Below are positions 24,366-36,850 of a stretch of DNA of 64,000 nucleotides, piece by piece. Made by a program: the position numbers and the translations under genes. The notes under the pieces are model-generated. The model made no database searches, was not told the DNA's origin, and worked only from the letters and a program-made list of their open reading frames with translations. How positions within the stretch are numbered: position 1 is the stretch's first letter; each line of letters opens with the position of its first letter. The DNA comes from Catajapyx aquilonaris (lineage: Eukaryota): NCBI GenBank assembly GCA_000934665.2, contig JYFJ02000973.1, positions 1-64,000 on the forward strand. The letters are read 5' to 3'.

Positions 24366-25790
24366 GAATAATTTGGCTCGTAAACCAACACAATTACCTC
24401 TCGGGTAAAGTGACCGATCTGCACTTTTTTTTTCCTTTACAAATCTGCTAATTTATAGAAAGTAGAGTAATGACCCAAATGAGAGCAAAAATCGGGACCA
24501 AACCCTATCTGGCCGAATGATGGCGAAAAAAGGGGGCCGGGGGGATTGTGGTAAGGTCGTGATAAAGGGCAGAAAGAGAGGCGCCTAGAGGTCAGCTAGC
24601 AGGAAGAACGCAATTGAATGACTGCCACACAAACAAGGATGCGCATGATGACACCTCCCCCTCTCCTCATCTCAAATTGATCGTCGTCGAGGGGGGGGGG
24701 GAAGCAGAAAATCAAAAAGGGATCGGCCGATGACAACAGTTGAAAAAAAATAAATTGGGATTCAGTATTGTTCACAGCCTTGTTTTTTTATTTTTCGCTT
24801 GTGAACCCGATATTATCATAACATCCATCAATCCGCTGTGTAATATTCCCACACCCCTACAGACAAAAAAAAAAAAAACACATGTCGCCTCAGGCACAAA
24901 AAGGAAGCAAATAAATATACAAGTCAGTGTCCCATCCACGGCGAGGAAAAAAGTTCTGTCAGACAATTCCCCTGCACTATTCCAAATATATTAAATTACA
25001 CCATCACAATATTAATCCGCAGCATTTCACAGGAGAATAATAAAGGCCCTGCCCCCGCAAAAAAAAATTGCATACATTTTCCTGGTTGCATATAAGTCGA
25101 AGCAGTCACTATATATCCTTTTAACGACAAAGCTGCAAACTACTGTCCGTGATACTGCCGATTGCAAAACGGAAAAAACCAATCCAGCCTCTCAAGAAAA
25201 AAGGCAAGAGTGACATTTTTTTTCACTTTGTGTATAAAAATAACTGATCTAACTCTAAAACTTTCTAAGTACATTAAACCCAGAGATGACAGTGGCCCTT
25301 GTAAACTGGTTATTATTTTTTTTGTACTTGTACAATATATGCTGCTTTAAAAGCATCGATCACCTAATGTGCTCGATCACCAAAAAAAAAAAAAGAGAGA
25401 GATCACGCTATACATTGTATAAAATGTGAAGTGATTCGGAACCCATGCATTTTTTTTTTATATAAATTTCTTTGCCTATAAGGCAAAAATTATTTTCCAC
25501 TTCCCACATACGGGAGAAATGGCAATCGCAATTAATCATGCTTATATACAAGTAACATGCGCCGTAAATTTATCCTCATGCCAAATTCATATATACAATA
25601 TTGCACTGCACAAAATACACGCCAAACTAAAAACTCAAAATTAAAATTGGCTTGCCCCCTCTTTCGATAGGGGGGGTTAATATATGGTCCCTAATTAATA
25701 AGGTTACCGTTATTTTATTAGTGTTCACTGCCGTTTTTCCTTATCAATTTTTTTTTCATGGGGGGAGGGTGACGTGTGGTTTTCTACTCT

Positions 25791-26425
25791 TCACTGATCA
25801 GAGTCGCCGTCACATCTGCCCCCACACCCGTTGTTGGAAACACTGCCTTTCCTGGACGACAGCAGCAAAGGCGGGCGGAACTTCTTTCCCTGGACCAGCT
25901 CCTCCAGGCCCTCCCCTGCATGCGAGAGGAGCGGAGATATCTCGCAAACCACAGGACACTCCCACTTGAGGTAAGACTTCTGACTGCAAGGAGACAGAAA
26001 AGACACTCAAAACTTATTGGTTCAATCGAGTAATGACGTTAAGAGGGACACAAACCAACACGGAAAGTGAAGAAAAAAACCGCAGAGAAAGAGAGCACAC
26101 GAGGAACAAATATCTATCCGAAAGAACATGAAATGCATCGTTACGATAACACTGATGATATAATTCGTCACAGGTATGCACTAACAAAGATAATGTTCCC
26201 GGAGAAGTGAGACGCAGTTCTTGTGAAGATAACGTCCATATTTTGATGGTGATAACCCTACACAACATAAAACATGATCATCACGACACATGTTTAATCA
26301 AGGAGCAAAGCCACTCGTTCAACGCTATCACATTCTGCGCTCCACTCATTGAGATTATATATCACCATCTTAAAGTTACGCAACAATTAGTAAAGTAGTC
26401 CAATGTCAGGGCAATAATAATAATG

Positions 26426-26468
<43 letters not shown>

Positions 26469-29400
26469 AGCAAAATGTATGCATGACCAATAATTATTGT
26501 CCTGTGCTACAATGACAATTAAATAGATGCAGCACAACTAGCCTAAGAGTGCAACTCGTCATGCTTATACTCACACTTCGTTGTTGTTGGGCTCGGAAAC
26601 AGTGTGGTTGTGATTTCCATTTTGAGAAGAGGCTGCGGCTGGACTAATGGACAGGAAGCAAAACAGAAAAAAAACATGCAAAAGATAGGCACAAAAAATT
26701 TATAAAAAAGGAAGTGCGCATGCGACACATGACGGCAGATTTAATGTCTGCGTCACATGTCCATGCAGTGGAATCTTGCTTCAAATGTCATTTAAAAACT
26801 TCGGCTGGGATCTGGCTCAGTAAAATGAGCATTAATGTCAGTAGACGATACGCTTAAAAAAAAGTACAGGCAGCACATTTATTATCAGTCGTACTTCTTA
26901 CGAAAAAAAAAAAATGTCTGCAATAATATTGTGCCGAGAGTACATTTCGTGAAATATCAATTTAACAAAAAGTTGAGATTCCACTGCAGCAACGTCTGCC
27001 TACCCAAAAAACAATAAAATCGTGTTATGCATGATGCAAGCTTTTTGTTAGTCACAATAAAAGCAATCACAGAGTGCAAATGAAAATATTCGGGTCTTGC
27101 AATCTAAAGTCGGTGCAATTCTAACTCCTAATGTATTTTTTTTCCCCCATGCAATCCGGTGATCACGCCCCCGTTACCTCTGGATCAAGGGGATCGGCAT
27201 CCCCTCCTCATCCACAAACTTTCCTCCAGCGGCCAGCACAAACCGCTGGTGCAGGGAGTAGAGGGCATGCCGGGCAGTGGTCGGGGTGTCCTTCTCGGCT
27301 CCATCCGCGTTCTTCAAGGGGCTGAATTCATCCTCTCGAAGGACCTCCCACACAACAAAGTTGCTGGAGAACTGGAAGACATCAAACACGAACTTCTCCA
27401 TCTTGATTCCATTTGGTTTCTCCGGCCGGGACAGCTTTCCGCTCTCGTCAACATAAGGGATCTTCTTCTTCGCTATGTGGTGCTTCAGTTGAGACTCCTG
27501 CTCACTGCGGGCGGAAAATGTCAGGTTTAATTGTCTGCATAGATCGCTGCAATCTAGCAACTCTCCCTCGTCCAACCATTTCAGATCACCAATTTGGGCA
27601 GAAAAACATCTTGAAGAGTCAACGGAATATATTATTCAGTTATTATATGCATGCTCACCTGACCAAGTATTTGAGGAAGTCGGTGGTGAAGAAATGGTTG
27701 CAGATGTTGCCCGCGTTAAACGTGAGTCCGCCATCAGGGTTCCTCTTCTGTGCCGTCTTGAGGGTGATCTCGCTGTACTCCACCACCTGATAGCGGCCGT
27801 CTACTTTGCACACCACTCCCACAGCCTCTGTCGGGAATGCCTTCTGGACAACCTGTTACGAAGGGAAAGTTACAAGTCAATTGGTTGATTGTTACGTTTA
27901 CCCCAAACAATTGGTTTCGAATCGCTCACATGTAACTGACAGCTTAAAGGGCATGTCAGTGGCTAACTAATCATCTTCGTCAACTTTGCGGCAGAAGTAT
28001 TTACGACGCATACCTTAGCACCACACTCGGCTCCCTTCATGATGCAGTACCCAATAAAGACAGGGTCTGCCATCTTCACGAGGATGTTATCGACGCAGTA
28101 CACATGCAAGTACTTGATGCCTCTTCGCTCAAAGTCCTCCAAAATATTCTTCTCCTTCAGTGCACGGTACAACCCGCCGTTGCCATCTGCAAGGACACCA
28201 ATCAATTGATAGGCACAGGACATGTGCGGAGAAAAATAAAACTGAGATTTGACGTTCAAACGTTTCCAAATCGCTACAATTTTCACATGATTTACATTTG
28301 CATAAACAGGATATTGTCAGATTAACCTGATTTGCTTGGCTTCGAATGAGCTCATGCTCTTATTATACGTGTAAAAATTCCCCAGCGGAATTGCATACCT
28401 GGAGCACGAGCAAGCTTGTATTGAGTCTCCATGATGATCTTCCCATTGAAGGTAAAGCAAGGAAGCATTCCCTGTTCGAAGACCACCAGGTTGTCCTTTC
28501 TGAGACCGAAATAATCATGCTCGGCAAAGAAATCCAATGTGGGCTCCTTGGTCTGTTCGCTTGTCATGATGTACCTGAAAAAGTACGAAGTTTAGTCTCA
28601 AATTGACACGCTACGTTCTGTGTTACTAAAGACAGTGGTTCAAACGAACAAACATTGGAAAATACTTGCCAGGGGATGCTTCCATGTCTTCCGACCTTCT
28701 CAAAGGCGAGTTCCAGCAGCCGTCGAATTCGCTCAGCCTGCAGCTGGTAGAGGGTCTTGTGGGAAGGCAAGCCCACGTCGTACATCCCCTTAGGATTAGA
28801 CACTCCAAGACGAGTGCCCTGGCCACCAGCCAAGAGCAGCACACCCACACTTCCCTGAGCAATGTGGTGAAATCCTGAAATGCAGATTCACGAAATTTAA
28901 AATGAAAATGCAATTAGTCCAAGCATTCCAAAAAAATTGGCGCCGTTAAAAAAGGAACTATTGTGGCCGAAATTACGGAACAACACTAACGAGTTCGCAG
29001 AAAAATCAATGACGTCACAGCTGTAACACTACTGGGAGGATATATGCTACTCAGAACTGTGCAATATTTTTAGTACTACGGCTATTGAGGAAGTCTACCT
29101 TCACGCTCATAGTCAGCAAGTTTCTCCGCAGGTGTTCTCGCAACCGATCCGTGTAGTTCAGACGGGATTGGCTGAAGGCGGTCATCCAGCTTCTCCTGAT
29201 CTTCGTTCAGGGAGTGGATAGTCTTCTGGAAGAATCCAGTCACCTCCTCCAAGTTCAACCTGAAAAAAGTCGCCAAACAATAATAAGTTTCATAAGACTA
29301 TATAAACTCCCAAATATTTAAAGAAAGGCTCAAGTCAACATTGGCACACTGGAATATCTCACGGGGAAAAGCTCAAAGTTCAGTATATCAGCACAATCGT

Positions 29401-30582
29401 CTGGTCTCGACACTTGACTATTGGTCGCTATATGTCAAATGTGTAGCGACGTATCTTTGCTCTCATACTAATGTCGCAATAGGACTTGAAAATTTTTAAA
29501 ACACTGCAGCAAAACATGCAACATGTTGCAGGTTTCACAAACAATTAACCCGTTCAGTCACCTTGTGTCATTTGGAATACCGTAAATAAAATTATGCAAA
29601 TATTGACGATATAGTCTGCATCATGCAGTATTCTCCCCCCTCCCCCAACCCTTTCCAGTTCCCATCATTTCAAAACCTGACCACCAACAGCTGTGTGTGG
29701 GGGGGGTGGGTGTCTCTAAGGCCACATTTTCTTGTAAACACATTCCGTTAGCTACCCTTCCCTTGAAATTATTCGGGGTGGAAAACTTTCCCAGTGAAAG
29801 TATTCTTGACCTTGGCATTCTTCGCTCCTTGTATCAAAAACTGTATCTCATTACATGCCGGAATTTTATTGTTCTGCGGCTTCGCCCTCAGCCTGGAAGA
29901 TCATGAAAAATCAACAAGAAGAAAAAAAAAATGCTAATCTTGACACATGATGGCCACGTTGGATATTAAATTAGATAAGGAGTGGAAAAAAATTGAGGAT
30001 GTAAAGCTTAATTTGATAAGCAAGGTGCTGACTGGCTGATTTCTCAATAGCTTTAAACCGGGGACTTTAAAAAAAAAGATTTGAGAAGAAATTATCTGAA
30101 AGCTGAGTCCTTGACATACATGGTTATATGGTCGCTCTCCTATTTTTTTCCCCCCTCCCCATTCTGCATGTACATGAAAGCCGCAATGTCCAAACTTGCA
30201 ATATATGACTTTCAGGCTCAATGTCGTCGGAGCTGCAGAATCAACTGGACTGGATTTGAAATGTTTCAATAAATAAATATTTATCTTGCGGGCACAGAAT
30301 ATATTGCATTAAATACTTTGCCTCGTAACAGTGCATGATTCACCCATTGTTTTGAACACTTGTGACCTACATGATGAGTCTTCACGCACACCCTCATAAG
30401 GGTCAGTGTCCCGGATATAACGCCACGTACTGTGCACAGAGCAATATTTTAAAATATTATACTCACTCCTGAAGATCGTCGTACAGCTCCTTCTTCCTCT
30501 GGTCGTCCAACGAGTCCCAGAAGCTCAGAAGATGCTCCTGGTCGTACCGTCTCAGGTCGTTCCTCAAAGCCTGCACGTCCAT
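25791..30582 (-). CDS. UAP1: UDP-N-acetylglucosamine pyrophosphorylase (UAP1/mummy), 537 aa with all nine core exons
   Basis: Exons 30582-30467, 29259-29099, 28874-28670, 28574-28399, 28186-28014, 27852-27659, 27504-27178, 26643-26575 and 25983-25791 join in frame. Motifs: [122 protein letters not shown]. Confidence 0.96.
26412..26466 (+). repeat. (AAT)n microsatellite in the last UAP1 intron
   Basis: Directly visible. Confidence 0.95.
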
Positions 30583-33500
30583 CTTGCACGCTGTAAGGAC
30601 GAAAAGTGAACCACATGTCAGTAACACACTTCATGACTCACCGCATAATTATCAGGCTTTAAGCTCATGAAGACAGCCAATTTTTTTCTTTTAAATCAGA
30701 GAGGACTGTACGTTTTGGAGCACTTCCAAGGGTCACTGCCCATTTTACATAAAAGGTGACTGGAGGTCATCTGTATAATATTCTTGCAAACTAAATAAGT
30801 GTTAAGTATGGAAACGTCTACACGCACCAAAGGACCGAGAGTGAAAGTGGGCAAGAACGGGATTCCTATCCGTAGTTCGACCTGTTTATTTCCTTTTTTT
30901 TTTCCTTCACTTCTTCGTCTCTGCCCCTATCCCTCCCAACTCTTTTCTCTCATTAGATGGCCCCGATCTCAGTAAATGCCATCCTGCACTTTTCTTTTCC
31001 AAAGAACTTTAGCAATAAGCAAGTCCTTCGGCAGCGTATAAATATAGACCCAGGTTTTCACTCTTAGACCTTTAATGTCGCATAACCTGTTGGATCACCT
31101 GGAGTTTAAAATGAGGAAGTGCTTCAGTAACAACATTGCATCAAAATTATAAATATACTGTAAAAATTATAAAATGTGCTGATCCAATTTTCATTTGAGA
31201 GGGCTGTAACAATCAAAAAAAAAAGAAAAGAGAAGGGTGCAATAATGCCAAATAGAGCCAATAAAAATCCTTTCTCCGGAAGTTTAACGTACCGATAAGT
31301 GCCAAAAATATTTTTCTGTGCAACGATTTTAAAAAAATCAGGCAAGTGCTTCTGAACAGTGAAGCACATCCTGTCAGATGCAAATCCAATTCATCAATCT
31401 CCATTCCACCCCCCTCCTGAGAGAGTACTTGCAACTCTATCCGAAGCGTCCATTGATCAAACTCAAAATGAAAAAAAGAACCGCACTTGGACCCCCCCAA
31501 CATCCTTGTCGCCAACGACACAAGGGTGTCATTTTGTCAAACTGTGTCACCACCACCCCATTGCACTTAGGGAGCAGTAAACATGCCCAATTGTTGAAGC
31601 CTTTTTGCCTTGTCTCGTTTTCAACGGAGAGAAACCCCCCCAAAAAAGCTCTTGCCCAGAGATAATGGCCCCCCCCCATCATCATCCTGAACTTTGGGAG
31701 GTTATTAATATTCATTATTTGGAAATCGTAGCTTAATCCTCAAATTTGTTTTAAAATGAATGTAACAAACTATGGTAACTACCTCTCCTGGAAATCCACA
31801 GCTGTGGCAGGCAGGGTTCAGACTGAAAGGCTAATCTTCCTGGCCAGGGATTTAGTACAAGGGGGACCCATCATCACCATGGAAGCTTTAATCTCCACAT
31901 GAGATAACAGAGTGACATGAAATGACGTGAGAGGTAACCTCGAAATGTAGACTTTGAGATCAGGTGTTAACCAAAAAAAAAATCAGGCCGCTTAAAAACT
32001 CTCTGAGAAATTGTGAATTGCATAGTGCGGATTCACTATTAATGTAAAATATATTCAAAGTTTGTCGGTATGTCCCAATGTTCCCTCTCTTAGCAACTTC
32101 TGCTATTTTTCAATATACTGTATATGAATTATTCAATAAATCAATTCAATTTTACGTAATTAAGCTACAGATATATCATTGCAAAAAAAAAAAAATCCAG
32201 TTTTCGCCACACCATTTGCTCCACATGAACGTATGGAATTATCTCTCTCTTCATGTCTCTCTCTCTCCAAAAACATATTTTCTCCCATGATCTCACTCCA
32301 TATTCCCTCCACTCTTCCCCCTTTTGCAGTAATGAAATTACACGCCGTTAATCCATCTTAATTCCAGTCTCATTAGAGGTTCCGGGCATAAATCCTGCTC
32401 CCGAACTATTATTCCGGATTCAACCCTCATGCTGGAAAATTTTTAACGAGTTATTATAAAGCCCCTCTTGCTCAAACTGATGACTGAAAGTTGATAGCAG
32501 CACTCCTATAATTACACTATACCCTCCCCTCAGCATATGCAAATCTGTAACATTAAAAAAAAAACAAGCAATGATTAATTACCGGATAAATGATGCTCCC
32601 GATTTTTTTTTAAAGTGCACTTGATGTTGCTATATTTTTTTTAATCTGTGGGGGTGGACATATCGCTTGATAAACATTTTACGGGGCGTCACTCTGATAG
32701 TGTTTGAAAAAAGTGGTTATCATTAGCGATATTGCAAGATTCAAAGTCACGAGTATTTCGCAACAGTCACTGAGTGAATGGTTTTTATTTTTTTAAATTG
32801 GTGGCCCATGGACATGATAGGGAAACGCCCATTTTGACCAAAAAAAAAAAAAAAAGAGGACCACTTTCCCCTCAAACCTGGTTTGTACTATAAACAATCA
32901 CAGCATGTAAAAAAAAAAGCAACTGACCATCAATCAACATATCAGCTGATTGATCAAAAAAAAAAGAGGGCTGCGACCAACTGTTACATACCGGCTCTTT
33001 TTAACTGGCTGTATTTTAATGCGAGTACAACCACGCCCAAGGACTACAACTCTACAGTACTGCAGTGTAAGTGCAGCTATGTGGCATTGAAGGTGTACGG
33101 CCTCGGACGGGAAAGGTTACTGCACCTAACCCGGATATGTACTGTACAGCATAATAGAAGGGGGGGAAAAAATTTGGATTGCGATTTTTAAATCACTAAA
33201 CTGCAGCTACTTTTACATCTAATACTTAGCCACTAGCAGCAACTGTAGAAAGTAACTGGTTAAAATTTATTTTAAACAAAACTGCTCACTAATTTCATTT
33301 CAATATATGTAAATCGCAAATTGGATTACTCTCAAGCAGAAATGTGATTACAGAGATCCAACTGTGTGCGAATATATTAAAAACCATGTCTCTAGTACTT
33401 CAACATACTGTATGTTCAATAGTTCACATACATTTTGAGTGAAAATTTCGAGCCTAAGTGTGAGCGAATTTATTCAACTCAATATGAACAAATTAGTGGT

Positions 33501-34137
33501 TCACTCATATTTTGAGTTAATTTGACTCAAACATTGTGCTAAAAAAAAAAAGAGCACCAATAACAAGCACAAGTGTGAATATGAACGAATTTGGGTTCAT
33601 TATTCGTCCATAATTTGACTCAAATATCGTGCAAAAATATCGCCAAATTGAAGTAGCCTACACTGACTTGTGAGTGAAAAAAAATCACTGCAGGTGAGCC
33701 GGAAAACAACTAGACATTGCACAGCGATTCACCCATATTCAACACACTCCCAAAAAAAATCAGGGACCGTCACTCATCATGACCTATTAAATTTAAAACT
33801 CCCCAAAAAACTCACTGTTATTCCCACGGGGGATAAAGCACCAAAAAACCGCAGCACCCGACTGACCCACTTGCCTTTCCAGTCCAGCAATAAGTAGAGG
33901 GGGCACCAAACCAGAAGCCTGGGCAACTCACGAGGACAACAGGTGAAAGTGGTTCCTCACTTTATCCCCCCCCCCNCCCTCTCCTCAAAAACAACCCCCC
34001 CTTCACAATATTCAACCCCCCCTCCCAAAGTCCATAAGGCACCTGCTGTCCCAGGAGCAACAACAAACTGGACATCCAAAAGGGTTTGAAAACCACTGGG
34101 TGAAAGTGGAAGTCCTTAAATGTCAAAAGCAACTGTC

Positions 34138-34520
34138 CAAGTAGTACCACATTCCTTACATAGATGGCGGATCCGCCCTGGACAAACAAAGGCACAGATG
34201 TCAAATCTGTGGTTCAAAAATTATTGGGAATCCGGAATTTTTGGGTCGCCTCCAGTACCGTTCCCTTTTGTTCAATTTTCAATTTCTTTTCAATCCGAAG
34301 TTACATACTCGAAATATTATCATTTGTTGTCGTTTTTTTCTTGGAAAAATTGAGCTTGAACCAACTATTTCGAACTATTAACATATGACGTCAAATCTGG
34401 TTCAAAATTATTACTGGAAAGTCCGGAATTTTGTCGCCTTCAGTACATTTTTCATTTTTGCTCTTTTTTCCCCAATTTTCATTTCCATTTCAATCCGGAG
34501 CTACATACTCAAAAATTTAT
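34138..34520 (+). repeat. Dispersed-repeat copy with an internal ~190-bp tandem duplication
   Basis: GTCAAATCTG...TCCGGAATTTT...GTCGCCT.CAGTAC...CAATCCG.AG.TACATACTC occurs at ~34200-34310 and ~34390-34510. It is preceded by the GTAGTA...CATAGATGGCG core also seen at ~52025, ~55655 and ~62494. Confidence 0.7.
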
Positions 34521-36776
34521 ATTTCAAAATTTGTTGAAAAAAAAAAGTGCAACTAACTGTTTGGAAATCCAGAGCATTGCACCTCCTCAAGACATTCCAA
34601 CATTTTTTTTTGTTACAAAATATAATCGGAGCGTAACATTTTTTTTTGCGCAAAAATGACAAGGTCGAGTGTCTTCTATAGGCACATTTTTTAACCAACA
34701 CTTTTTCTGCTCCTAATTTACTGGACATTAACCAATTTACGTCCAGTGAAAATACCTCAGGTAAAAGTCGCTGCACTGCAGAAAATGTCTTTCTTAAAAA
34801 GAAGTTCAACAACCTCAACAAACTGACATCGAACCCACAGCTAGGCATATCATACACTTTAAAAAAATACCGTACGCGAAAACATTCGCACAAAATGGGT
34901 ATGAATTTGCAACAAGTAGACCCTACTTGCAAAATTCCTATAGAGGTGCCAGCACTCAACGTCTCGACAGGTTGTTTGGAGTCGTGGGAGTGCACTTTAA
35001 GTGTCAATGACTTTTCTGCACACATATGGAGAAGAAGAAGAAAAAAAATTGGCTTGAAATTTATGGATGCAGTTAAAAATATTATTTGCCAAAATTACCA
35101 AAATTTTCATGTGCTCAAAAATATGTATATTTCAGTGTACTTTGAAAACAGTTTTGCGATGCAATTCGTGCGTAAAGCAAAATGCAAATGCAATGCGCAA
35201 TATTTTTCGCAAAACTTTGCTAACGAAATAACAACACCCGGCCATTTTTGCGCGCAAAATTATTTTCTCCCGCTATAACCATCGTGTACAGCCACAGTTC
35301 CATCTAATTATTAATCAAAACAACACCATCCGACCGAAAAAAAATCACAGGCTAGCTATCCTCGCAGAAATTTACGCTACATTCGCACAATTTCCCAACC
35401 CAACACACGGTCGGTTTGCAATCCTTCAAAAAAAAACCACACAATTTATCGCAATTATTCAACCGACAAGACGCAGACGACATTTTACACAAATCAGATC
35501 ATCGCTGCAGAATTATTCGGCAGACTTATGTTGTTTTTGCCAATTTGCATTCGCATCAATCTCCGCTCGTCCTAAAATTTGCACCGATAATTTCGACACA
35601 TGCCATCACTGCAATGCCAACAAGATTTTTTTTTGTGTGTGCAAACTTTTGCTTGGTGCGCTATCAAAAATTCTGCATTTGTTGGCTGGTCTATGACTAT
35701 AAAAATTCTGCACAGTTGACTGGTCTATGCCTATAAATTTTTTTGCAAATTCCTTACGTGCAAATGGCTCCAACGTTTCTGAGCGCCGAGCTGTTTTATC
35801 AACAACACCATTAGAGTCGCCTCACATCCATGTTTATCACATCACTTCCTCACATGATAACAAACCGATTAGCACGCAATTTTTCCATATAGATCTCCTC
35901 TACCGTACCATCAACTTAACAAAAATAGTGCCCAACGTAATTAAAAAAAATATCGGGCTAAATATAATACGAAAAATCCTTGCACCTAGCTGGCCTTCAA
36001 CTTCACAGTCTTCAACTTGTGGAGGTCAACGACAATACGTGCGATGCTTATTAAAAAATTTAATGAGCCAGGAATAATTATTATCTGTCGGTCAGCGAAA
36101 GTACACATTATGTCACCATCACTTTACCTTTACGAGCACTGCGGTACACTTGTTTCGTTATCACGGTACGTACTGTACTAACATGTACACATTGGAAGCC
36201 AGCAGCAGCTTTTTTTTTGACTGACGTCATGCCACACCCGTTTCAAAATAAATTAATATTAACGACATTTCCACAACTGAAGCAACAATGTGGCAAGGAC
36301 GCATCACTTTTATTGTCGGATTATGTGCCATAATCAGCCATTTTATTTTTCTTCCTTTAATTTGCTTTTGGTACAACCAGACTGGCCCATAGTAAAGCCG
36401 GATGTTCATCAGATGGCCAGATCAGCATCCACAAATCCCCTGGGTGATTTACAGCCAGGTCCAGATTAATTACGAGTTAATCCTAGTCTCCATTTATCTC
36501 CACGCCCCTTATCTACTTTAAATCCCCCCCTCAGCTAAAATGGCAAGGTGTTTCTGTCAAACACCCGCATTGAAAACCCCCCCATCCACTAATTAGATCA
36601 CACCCGTTTTAATTAGGGCCCTCCCTTGACTTGGGGTGTGTATTCAACAAGATGTTGACACGTATATATCCCCAAGCCCCCTGTCCAAACCAGGCAGGTA
36701 CAGTGTGAAGCGGCTTGATCAAGCCCCAGCCATGTCATTGAGAATTACTGTAAACTGCACTTTTGTTTTCACTTAC

Positions 36777-36850
36777 CTTGCCGTGGGGATGTAACGGCGT
36801 CAACTCTTGAAATGCCAGCGACCATCGAAGGGCGTGGATGGCGCCAGTTC
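36777..36850 (-). CDS. UAP1: Predicted upstream UAP1 exon (N-terminal extension)
   Basis: cag|...CAAG|gtaagt. The open frame NWRHPRPSMVAGISRVDAVTSPRQ joins in frame through the acceptor at 30590 (A-C-K) to MDVQ. Confidence 0.6.
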
